From positions 165,664,001-165,728,000 of the forward strand of contig OZ024743.1 in NCBI GenBank assembly GCA_964016885.1: a stretch of DNA of 64,000 bases, written 5' to 3'. Below, in pieces: positions 53,517-64,000 of this stretch (the first letter of the stretch is position 1; each line of letters starts with the position of its first letter). The notes below the pieces were generated by a model. That model was given only the letters and a program-made list of their open reading frames with translations, had not been told where the DNA came from and ran no database searches. The DNA comes from Eledone cirrhosa. Lineage: Eukaryota. A program made the position numbers and the translations under genes.

Positions 53517-53803
53517 TAGAGACTTAAACTCTTATATTGACTGGAAAAATTCCGAATATTGACTGGAAAAAGAACACCACCTGCCAAACTATACAATATA
53601 TAGACACATCTCTATGCTGCAGTTAGAGCGAGTGTTTCGTCAATTACCCTTTTTTTTTTTTTGTTTCTCTCCTGTTAAAACATGTGTAAGATGAATAAAA
53701 TGTCTGAAAATTCTTGCTTCTCTATCCATTATTATTTAAGTGCTCAGTTCATTTGCATTCATACATGTTAAATTTGTTTACTTAAGGTTTCATTTATATG
53801 ATG

Positions 53804-53885
<82 letters not shown>

Positions 53886-53932
53886 AATGAATAATAACAG
53901 GTAGACATCATAAAAAGGTAGTTTATTCCGTG

Positions 53933-54044
53933 TGCTTACAAGTGTTTCCACGGTGGTACTGCAGCCTAGTTCCGCTACGTGCAAATTCACAAGTATTTGC
54001 AGAACTCGAATAACCAATGCTGTGACCACTGTTTCCTCAGAGCA
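53933..54044 (-). ncRNA. Hammerhead ribozyme with a long branched stem II (left arm)
   Basis: Inverted twin of 57904-58015. Confidence 0.75.
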
Positions 54045-54535
54045 GAATGGTAAATATACAATGTAAACACCCTTAAGTGGGGTTGTTGGGGAAGATAGAG
54101 TGGAACAGGAAGAGAGAAAAGTAGGGAAGAAGGAGAGAGAAGGAAAGATATGCAGGGGTTGGAGAAGTGGGAGAGAGTGGCTTGTAGATATCTTAATCAA
54201 AATGTTATGGTAGGGGTTTTATTAGTTACTTTTGGAGAGATGCGTAGATAGTTGAGGTCGGAATTATTTATTGCCCCAGGGGGCAGTTTCATAAATGTTG
54301 AGAGGGAGGTAGGTCAAAGGTGAGAGAGAGAGAGTGTAATGGATGTAGAGAGAGATATATAGGTAGAGAGGGGACAGATAAATATGTGTGGTGAGTGAAC
54401 TTTTGGTATTGTAGTAGTATTCTAGGAGTTGTACTGAGTTACCATGTATAGTGATAAGCAGTGTATTGTCTTGTAGTGTGGGGGGAAGAGAAGGTTGTTA
54501 GCTAGAAAGTGGTGTTGTAGTTACGGGTTCGAATG

Positions 54536-56041
54536 TTAAGTTATTTTATAGTGAGAGAATTTAGCTTTTAGTTTGTGGTTGCAGTATAATGATCGTTCAA
54601 TTCTATCGTTAAGTAGTTTGTTTTTGGATTTTAGTATGTAAAATAGCTCAAGGTTACATAACCTGCAGTACTTCAAACCACTCCGATATGCATTTGCGCT
54701 GGAAAGTATATCCCATTTTAAGGTGAACTGTTGGTTGTGTTCACGGAGTTGCCAGGTCTTGTTGGCGAGCGTGGTCACAAAACGGTGATTCTGATGTTTG
54801 ATTGAGAATCGATGACGGTACCAGCGAGATTTAAACGATGTGGTGGTAGATCCGATATAATACCATTTCTGGTCGTCCGATTCAACCGTGCATTGGTAAA
54901 CAATGTTGGACTTCAGGCATTCATTCTGCAATGGACATCTTTCAGGTAGATGGCAGTTACATGCTTTGTTGTGGGTAGCGGGTATACCATGGATAGGTTG
55001 TGATAGCGGTACAGGTGGGTTGTGCAATACCCGTCTCCCATTTAGTGGTTGGGAGGCAGATATTGCGTTCTGCCCATCTGTTACTAAAATGTTTTGTTTT
55101 GTAGAGTTGTTTAATTGCCTTAAGTTAAGTTTTTTTATGTATGCTTCAAGGTTTGGTGCCGTGGAGTATGATAGTCTAATAGTTTTGGAGTTCAGAATGT
55201 TGCTGTACTTATGGGAACTAGGGAAGTGTTTATTGATTAATTTAAAGAATGAAAGAGATAGTTTTGTACTAATCGAGGCATTAAAAATAGGATTATACCA
55301 GATATACTTTCTACAACGTGATTTATTTGGTGGTGATCTTCTATTATTAGTATGTCTGGTAGTACAGTGTGTGTGTGATTGTGTTTTAGTCCCCCGGTTA
55401 CGTATACCTTGATTACGTGTAGAGCTATGTGTATTGTGGAAATTACTATCGATGTATTCTATTGTATCCCGGTGGTCAGCATTCCTTAATGCATTATTGT
55501 AGTATTCAGCATGTTCGCTAAAAATATCAGAGTTAGACGATAGGCGAGAGATTCTAAGAGAAATACTTCGGGGAACTGATTTGATCATGGAGAGTGGGTG
55601 GTTAGAGTTAAAGTCAATATACGTAAGGTTCTCATTTACCTTGTGGAAGGGTCGTATCTGTCCGGTATTTAAATTAAGAGTTACGTCCAGAAAGTTTACT
55701 ACCTTAAGATTGTATTCGTATGTTATTTTTAGACCCAGTTGACTAAAAGATTTTCTAATATTTTTCCGTAGCCTTTCAAGATTTTGGTTATTCAAGTTAT
55801 TAACTAATAAGAGCCCGTCATCTCTATATATCCCCCCCCCCCCCTGTAGATTACTAAATCTACTATGTAATATGTGGGCTATGTAAATTCCCACGAGATC
55901 CGTGACCTCCGCCGAGTCGTTGGAACCCATGGTAATATCGAAATTTGTGGGTCTGTCCTTACGTTCCCAGTAGCAGTTATCGAACTTAATAATGGTTTTT
56001 CTAGCCTCGAGAATAATTTTAATTTCGTCCTCCGTTAGGTC
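54536..56041 (-). pseudogene. 5'-truncated PLE-3 RT + GIY-YIG, open frame
   Basis: DITMGSNDSAEVTDLVG, IYRDDG, NFLDVTL, WYNP, CNC..CPL..C, IVY..YIG, CRLC..E, LNDR..CNH. Confidence 0.92.
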
Positions 56042-56050
56042 GGACAGACC

Positions 56051-57418
56051 CACGGATCTCGTGGGAATTTACATAGCCCACATATTACATAGTAGATTTA
56101 GTAATCTACAGGGGGGGGGGGGATATATAGAGATGACGGGCTCTTATTAGTTAATAACTTGAATAACCAAAATCTTGAAAGGCTACGGAAAAATATTAGA
56201 AAATCTTTTAGTCAACTGGGTCTAAAAATAACATACGAATACAATCTTAAGGTAGTAAACTTTCTGGACGTAACTCTTAATTTAAATACCGGACAGATAC
56301 GACCCTTCCACAAGGTAAATGAGAACCTTACGTATATTGACTTTAACTCTAACCACCCACTCTCCATGATCAAATCAGTTCCCCGAAGTATTTCTCTTAG
56401 AATCTCTCGCCTATCGTCTAACTCTGATATTTTTAGCGAACATGCTGAATACTACAATAATGCATTAAGGAATGCTGACCACCGGGATACAATAGAATAC
56501 ATCGATAGTAATTTCCACAATACACATAGCTCTACACGTAATCAAGGTATACGTAACCGGGGGACTAAAACACAATCACACACACACTGTACTACCAGAC
56601 ATACTAATAATAGAAGATCACCACCAAATAAATCACGTTGTAGAAAGTATATCTGGTATAATCCTATTTTTAATGCCTCGATTAGTACAAAACTATCTCT
56701 TTCATTCTTTAAATTAATCAATAAACACTTCCCTAGTTCCCATAAGTACAGCAACATTCTGAACTCCAAAACTATTAGACTATCATACTCCACGGCACCA
56801 AACCTTGAAGCATACATAAAAAAACTTAACTTAAGGCAATTAAACAACTCTACAAAACAAAACATTTTAGTAACAGATGGGCAGAACGCAATATCTGCCT
56901 CCCAACCACTAAATGGGAGACGGGTATTGCACAACCCACCTGTACCGCTATCACAACCTATCCATGGTATACCCGCTACCCACAACAAAGCATGTAACTG
57001 CCATCTACCTGAAAGATGTCCATTGCAGAATGAATGCCTGAAGTCCAACATTGTTTACCAATGCACGGTTGAATCGGACGACCAGAAATGGTATTATATC
57101 GGATCTACCACCACATCGTTTAAATCTCGCTGGTACCGTCATCGATTCTCAATCAAACATCAGAATCACCGTTTTGTGACCACGCTCGCCAACAAGACCT
57201 GGCAACTCCGTGAACACAACCAACAGTTCACCTTAAAATGGGATATACTTTCCAGCGCAAATGCATATCGGAGTGGTTTGAAGTACTGCAGGTTATGTAA
57301 CCTTGAGCTATTTTACATACTAAAATCCAAAAACAAACTACTTAACGATAGAATTGAACGATCATTATACTGCAACCACAAACTAAAAGCTAAATTCTCT
57401 CACTATAAAATAACTTAA
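56051..57418 (+). pseudogene. Inverted duplicate of the PLE-3 ORF
   Basis: Track translation 56159..57418 matches the left arm; the G-run at 56111 is one base shorter, giving a frameshift. Confidence 0.92.
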
Positions 57419-57903
57419 CATTCGAACCCGTAACTACAACACCACTTTCTAGCTAACAACCTTCTCTTCCCCCCACACTACAAGACAATACACTGCTTAT
57501 CACTATACATGGTAACTCAGTACAACTCCTAGAATACTACTACAATACCAAAAGTTCACTCACCACACATATTTATCTGTCCCCTCTCTACCTATATATC
57601 TCTCTCTACATCCATTACACTCTCTCACCTTTGACCTACCTCCCTCTCAACATTTATGAACCTGCCCTCTGGGGCAATAAATAATTCCGACCTCAACTAT
57701 CTACGCATCTCTCCAAAAGTAACTAATAAAACCCCTACCATAACATTTTGATTAAGATATCTACAAGCCACTCTCTCCTACTTCTCCAACCCCTGCATAT
57801 CTTTCCTTCTCTCTCCTTCTTCCCTACTTTTCTCTCTTCCTGTTCCACTCTATCTTCCCCAACAACCCCACTTAAGGGTTTTTACATTGTATATTTACCA
57901 TTC

Positions 57904-58015
57904 TGCTCTGAGGAAACAGTGGTCACAGCATTGGATATTCGAGTTCTGCAAATACTTGTGAATTTGCACGTAGCGGAACTAGGCTGCAGTACCACCGTGG
58001 AAACACTTGTAAGCA
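57904..58015 (+). ncRNA. Hammerhead ribozyme with an approximately 85 nt stem II (right arm)
   Basis: ugcu CUGAGGA [acaguggu...accaccgu; aguucugc/gcggaacu] GAAA cacuu GUA agca. Confidence 0.75.
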
Positions 58016-58207
58016 CACGGAATAAACTACCTTTTTATGATGTCTACCTGTTATTATTCATTCTTTATATACACTCCGGAATACTGAAGGATCAGGAACT
58101 AAGTTTCTTGAACAATTCTTCCATAACTCGTAGAGTAACCTCTTACCGTACGTCAACCATATCCAGTGTAGTAATTAACCATCACTACATCTTGGATAAT
58201 CTTATAC

Positions 58208-58268
<61 letters not shown>

Positions 58269-58483
58269 GGTAACAAGTTATCGTTATAGGTAATCCAGTT
58301 ATAGGTTGTGAGTACTCTGCGTCGTGGATAGTTTTAACGTACGGCTTTGTTTAACTCAACAAGATGTTTCCATAGTTAGGCAGCGAGTTCGCGGTAATTC
58401 CTATGTAGGTTATACTTGGAGTAATAATAGTGAAAGAATGAAGAGTAACATGGTTGGCTGTACAACAAGGGGCTTTATTGCAG

Positions 58484-58594
58484 GTATTAACAATTGTTCC
58501 ATTGATCAAGTGTGTCTAGAGGCCGCTAATCGCTGGAAGTTGCGTCACTCGATCTCCATTACATTATTTACCTCTGACCAACTCCTCAGAATAC
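58484..58594 (-). ncRNA. Hammerhead (left arm) with core substitutions GAAA->GGAA and GUC->GUU
   Basis: Diverged twin of 58911-59021. Confidence 0.65.
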
Positions 58595-58910
58595 AAACAA
58601 ATTCACCCAAGGCAAGATATATATAGAGAAATAGCGTATAAAACCCACCAGAGAATCCTTATGCGAACACTTACTCACCACCACCACTATCATATTCTGT
58701 AGTTACATGCTCTCACTTATCCTTATTTCTTTATATTTATCCATTTTCTTACTTTTACTGTATCTTTTCTGTGATCTATTACTTTTTTACTTTTTACATT
58801 TGTAACTTCTCTACCTATTTATCATATATTTTTATTATTGATGTTATTGTTTTGATTATACGCTATTTCTCTATATATCTATATATCTTGCCTTGGGTGA
58901 ATTGTTTTTT

Positions 58911-59021
58911 GTATTCTGAAGAATTGGTCAGAGGTAAATAATGTAATGGAGATCGAGTGACGCAACTTCGAGCAATTAGCGACCTCTAGACTCATCTGAT
59001 CAATGAAACAATTGTCAATAT
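58911..59021 (+). ncRNA. Hammerhead ribozyme with a long stem II
   Basis: guauu CUGAAGA auuggucaga...ucugaucaau GAAA caauu GUC aauau; 10 bp basal stem II and palindromic stem III. Confidence 0.85.
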
Positions 59022-59075
59022 CTGAAGTAAAGCCCCTTGTTGTACAGCCAACCATGTTACTCTTCATTCTTTCAC

Positions 59076-59160
<85 letters not shown>

Positions 59161-59162
<2 letters not shown>

Positions 59163-59544
59163 TATATGTTGGTTGTTTACCGACACCTCAGTGTGCAGAT
59201 TGGAGCACTCGACGAAGTGCGCAGGTTGGTTTGGTTACTCCGGAGTAATGTAAAATAAATTAAAATAAATAAGTCAAATAATTAAAATTTGGCTTCGTTT
59301 ATTACTGCTATATATATTTCGGTGACAGCCACCTTTGGCTGTGACCTCTTCAGGCAGTCCGAATTAGTGTGGTAGAGACGAGTACACATGTTGTTGAGGT
59401 GTTGTCAATACTCTGATATGCATATCAGAGTATTGACAAAGTTAAACACAGAGGTCACAGCCAAAGATGGCTGTCACCGAAATATATATAGCAGTAATAA
59501 ACGAAGCCAAATTTTAAATATTTGACTTATTTATTTTAATTTAT

Positions 59545-59545
<1 letters not shown>
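59161..59545. mobile_element. Non-coding HHR fold-back element
   Basis: About 59257-59349 is the reverse complement of about 59450-59545; small central hairpin TTGTCAATACTCTGATATGCATATCAGAGTATTGACAA. Confidence 0.8.
59304..59358 (-). ncRNA. Type I hammerhead ribozyme
   Basis: acugc CUGAAGA ggucacagcca aagg uggcugucacc GAAA uauaua UA gcagu. Confidence 0.88.
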
Positions 59546-59575
<30 letters not shown>

Positions 59576-59626
59576 GTGTGTGTGTATGTATATAATAATA
59601 CACACATATATATGTATCTCTCTCTC

Positions 59627-59661
<35 letters not shown>

Positions 59662-60011
59662 CTCTCTCTCTCTCTCTCTATTTCCACCTTCCTGGAGCTG
59701 GAGTGCTAGGAAAAATAAATTTCCCTTTTTTTCTGAAGACGAAAATACTCGGAACGGTTGGTAGTCCCTTGAGGCTTGAGTAGACCAGGAAATCAGCACT
59801 TTACTGCTTATTGATCGCCAAACCGCACTCCTTTATATAATGTAGTTCAGAATTATTTCACACCTTCTAGGAATATAATATTGATCAATGCACAGAACCC
59901 AAAGCTAGATAGTTATCTAATCTAGTTTAATTTAGTTTTATTTTGTTTTTTTACGTTTCAACTTTACACAATTCTACCTTTAGGATCATTAACATAACTA
60001 GTATTTGTAAT

Positions 60012-60355
60012 TAATTGTTTCTACTTTTGGCACCAGGCCAGCAATTATCCCAGTGCATTACTGGTACTTTATTTTATCGACCCCGTAAGGATGAAAGGCA
60101 AAGTTAACCTCGGCGGGATTTGAACTCAGATCATAAAGGGAGGTAACTCTATGCTTCAAAGCATTTGTAATTAATTGTTTCTACTTTAGGCACAAGGCCA
60201 GCAATTAGCCAGTGCATTACTGGTACTTTATTTTATCGACCCCGTAAGGATGAAAGGCAAAGTCAACCTCGGCGGGATTTGAACTCAGATCGTAAAGGGA
60301 CGTAACTATGCTGGAAAGTATGGCGTCCGACCCTCTACCGATACTGCCAATTCAC
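60012..60355 (-). mobile_element. Two adjacent SINEs (one inserted at the tail of the other)
   Basis: ATTTGTAATTAAT duplicated at about 60003 and 60164. Confidence 0.9.
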
Positions 60356-61253
60356 TCTGGCATACGTTACTTCACCGGCCAACTGTACTGACTATCCTGG
60401 TCATGTGGAGCATGAACCTGTGGACGTTTCCTGGATGGAGTACTTGGAAATAATAGAAATTTCCCTATATTCGATGAGATTTTACTCGGAAGTGTTCGTG
60501 GGTTTATGAACCTGCAGTGACTGTGAAGCCATTATTTCAATAGCTAACGAAAGCCGAGCCACACTCATTTCTCTATATCACAAACACACAGTGATGGAAC
60601 GCGACCTTTATTATGACTATCAAAGATATATTTAATATTTACATAAATGCTTTCTTCTCCTAATTATTTAATTAAATCTTTAAATTTTAAACTTAAATTT
60701 TGTATTTGTTATCTTTAATCTTAACTTTAAATTTTACCTTAAAACTGCTTAGTTTCTATTTCTGACCCCCCCCCCCCCCATATTTTTTTATAGAATTTTA
60801 GGCTGAACCCAACTGAACATATTTCTCTGTAACCTGATCTCCTTTACCACTAGCATGTGTCCAAATAGCAAGTGAATGGTAGGGTAGTAGTAGTAGGCAT
60901 ACTAAGCATACCACCCCCTGACAAAACCTGAAAGACAAAATTGATGAGATTCCTCACTCGAAGGTGGTCAGCCAAACTGACAACAATTGGCCCTCTTGAT
61001 TGCCTTCGAGTCGAAAACATTTTTCTCTGTTTTTTTTTATAGCCTCTTGGATTGTGTTTACCATTATTCCTTTATTATATAATTATTATGCAATAAACAC
61101 CCGATGTTGTCACCAGGATCTTATTTAACCTGACCACTGAAATGTACATAGTGTTTGCTATAATAAATCTTGAAGGAATCTTACCGACGCCGTCATTAAC
61201 GGCATTTTGGTGTTTTAACAATTATTGTTGTGCTGATTTGTTTTCATTATTCT

Positions 61254-61317
<64 letters not shown>

Positions 61318-61319
<2 letters not shown>

Positions 61320-62058
61320 AGGAGGTTATAGTTCACTTGAGACAACGCTTCCTCATTTAAGAAACACCTAGTTAAATGCAAAAACACCGACAAAACCATA
61401 ACAGTTAGGATAGAAACTAAGGAAAGTAACCTCGGCAATCTTAGAATTAAGGAAGCACTAATTATAGATAAAACACAACCACCAGTCAATAATAGACTAG
61501 AACTCAACACCCAATTTATAACCTGATAGGGCTTCTAGCCCCATATTTACACACCCCACACACACACACGCTTACACTTCCACTTATTCTCTCTCACACA
61601 TACACACAAAACCAGTTCTAACACCAGATAACACCTATCCCCCACATTTACGAATAGACTTATCTTCTCACACTCACACACACACACTCACATACTTACA
61701 CCTTCATGCATTCTCCCACACACTTATACAGGCATGTATATAAAATAAAATTTAAAAAAACCCTAAACAAACCCCTTTTAAAGGGAGACTACTCTTTACC
61801 CACCTAATTTTAACTCTTTGACATTAGAGATAGAACAGATACTCTATACTATTTCCTGTCAGCATGGCTTGGCAAGCTATTTAGAACACTGGTTTGAGAG
61901 CTTTACTTCCCTCTGAAGAAGAGATATTAACTCGAAAATTAAGGACATTTAAATAAATCTAAGGTAAAGGACGAATTGTGAACAATATCTTTTACAATTG
62001 CATTCTTTTTTCTATGTCCATACCTGCATTGTTTTGGCTTAATTACACATATTCAAAC

Positions 62059-62060
<2 letters not shown>
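61318..62060 (+). mobile_element. 3' fragment of a PLE related to PLE-1
   Basis: KHLVKCKN...ETKESNLGNLRIKEALIIDKTQPPVNNRLELN, similar to the PLE-1 C-terminus; HHR at 61910; shared CTGCATTGTT.TGGCTT. Confidence 0.8.
61910..61944 (+). ncRNA. Minimal type I hammerhead ribozyme
   Basis: ccu CUGAAGA agag auauuaa cuc GAAA auU A agg; palindromic stem III AAUU. Confidence 0.7.
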
Positions 62061-62111
<51 letters not shown>

Positions 62112-62116
62112 TATGT

Positions 62117-62587
<471 letters not shown>

Positions 62588-62601
62588 CATACATACATAC
62601 A

Positions 62602-62672
<71 letters not shown>

Positions 62673-62675
62673 AGA

Positions 62676-62864
62676 ATAATTGTTTCTACTTTTGGCACAA
62701 GGCCAGCAATTACCCAGTGTATTACTGGTACTTTATTTTATCGACCCCGTGAGGATGAAAGGCAAAGTCAACCTCGGCGGGATTTGAACTCAGATCGTAA
62801 AGGGACGTAACTATGCTGGAAAGCATGGCGTCCGACCCTCTACCGATACTGCCAATCCACCGCC
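62676..62864 (-). mobile_element. Full-length SINE with TSD
   Basis: TATATATTCAAAGAATAAT on both sides. Confidence 0.92.
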
Positions 62865-63256
62865 TATATATTCAAAGAATAATGAAAACAAATCAGCACA
62901 ACAATAATTGTTAAAACACCAAAATGCCGTTAATGACGGCGTCGGTAAGATTCCTTCAAGATTTATTATAGCAAACACTATGTACATTTCAGTGGTCAGG
63001 TTAAATAAGATCCTGGTGACAACATCGGGTGTTTATTGCATAATAATTATATAATAAAGGAATAATGGTAAACACAATCCAAGAGGCTATAAAAAAAAAC
63101 AGAGAAAAATGTTTTCGACTCGAAGGCAATCAAGAGGGCCAATTGTTGTCAGTTTGGCTGACCACCTTCGAGTGAGGAATCTCATCAATTTTGTCTTTCA
63201 GGTTTTGTCAGGGGGTGGTATGCTTAGTATGTCTACTACTACTACCCTGCCATTCA

Positions 63257-63299
<43 letters not shown>

Positions 63300-63307
<8 letters not shown>

Positions 63308-64000
63308 TTATTAAAATAACAGATTAAAGTTTAAGCAAAGAATCGCTGCTTTCACCCTTAACGGGATCTTCTGAAACTAACAAAGTCAATCTGTAAACGC
63401 AGAACTGGATATTTCAAAAAACGTTGCAACCGGAGGAAGACAGGAAGACGATACTTTGGTTCATGGTGACGTTCGCTGGCAAAGAACGGGAAAAAAAACG
63501 AATAATACGTCATTAATTATTTATTTATTTGTACACAAGCATACACACATACACATATTTATATGTGCGTGGTTTTGTATACCTATGGTAAGGTTTTGCG
63601 TATGCTTGTGTATGTACGTATCTGTTTGCGTGTATGTATTTATTTGTTTCTATTACTTCTGTAATGTATTTATTTACTTTGTTCTTAACTCTGTAGCGGA
63701 GATTCATTCGGTCTCATAGTTAGAATTTTAGTCTACGACTTCTGCTATACCATTTACGTGGTTTTGTCTTTGCGTGCTATTGTTCTCCACGCTCCACATA
63801 TGACTTATTATCTTCGTTTTTTCGTTCATTGCCAGAGAACGTCTCTATGCACCACTTAGAGAACATTAGTCTACGACCTCTTTTATACCATAAATGTGGT
63901 TCTGTCTTTGCACGTAATTGTTTTTCACCGCTCCTATTAATGACGTATTATTCGTTTTTTTTCCCGTTCTTTGCCAGCGAACGTTACCACGAACCAAAGT
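63300..64000. mobile_element. Family A inverted element running off the window edge
   Basis: 63303-63378 matches 3186-3259; 63453-63516 is the reverse complement of 63937-64000; internal imperfect tandem repeat of about 138 bp. Confidence 0.75.

Larger units (their letters stand above)
53880..58210. mobile_element. PLE-3 (YRDD type, probably Naiad clade) as a roughly 4.3 kb near-perfect palindrome, 3' ends outward in (TA)n
   Basis: 53880-55904 is the reverse complement of 56051-58070; about 146 nt spacer; (TA)n at both outer ends. Confidence 0.94.
58270..59080. mobile_element. Non-coding HHR palindrome with diverged arms (about 215 bp)
   Basis: About 58427-58638 is the reverse complement of about 58858-59078; (TA)n flanks. 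Confidence 0.8.

Noticed and set aside
53220-53524. 8 bp TSD for the hAT MITE
   Set aside because: The flanks CTCTATAC and TAGAGACT do not match, so only the TIRs are claimed.
54903-57051. Identical 169 aa ORFs on both strands
   Set aside because: They are antisense frames of the PLE-3 ORF, duplicated by the palindrome.
37860-57418. Selenoprotein-type PLEs (in-frame TGA at Cys positions, as reported for some Naiad families)
   Set aside because: The Cys-motif regions of the GIY-YIG domains in PLE-2, PLE-3 and the 8622 fragment translate without stops; I saw no in-frame TGA there.
60365-60515. Possible minus-strand coding exon (AG...GT, open frame)
   Set aside because: The peptide is unrecognisable and the region is homologous to the repeat at 59688-59760.

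Overview
This is eukaryotic, AT-rich and almost entirely repeat-derived DNA. It is probably from an octopod cephalopod; that is an inference from about 10 copies of the short tRNA-derived SINE '...GAGTTCAAATCCCGCCGAGGTTGACTTTGCCTTTCATCCTTACGGGGTCGATAAAATAAAGTACCAG...' and from dense (TA)n/(CA)n/(GA)n arrays. I can support no host protein-coding exon, and most ORFs in the track are microsatellite artefacts. The window contains: (1) at least 6-7 lineages of Penelope-like elements (PLEs; RT plus C-terminal GIY-YIG endonuclease), including one near-complete ORF (4134-6059) and two multi-kb inverted duplications (36.5-42.5 kb and 53.9-58.2 kb); (2) about 20 hammerhead ribozyme (HHR) motifs, read by eye, in PLE terminal repeats and short non-coding derivatives; (3) a roughly 19 kb cluster (17.4-36.5 kb) of Tx1/L1-clade LINEs and R4/Dong-type RLE retrotransposons sharing (ATT/TAA)n target arrays; (4) an RTE fragment, a Helitron 3' end, a hAT MITE and SINEs, several with target-site duplications (TSDs). 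The most notable patterns are three. About 10 'heads-in, 3'-ends-out' HHR-type palindromes from different families are anchored mostly in (TA)n. A conserved, apparently covarying RCUC...GAGYRCU module lies downstream of the HHR across several families. Non-coding 470-660 bp units with terminal redundancy resemble retrozymes. All structure calls are manual and untested.
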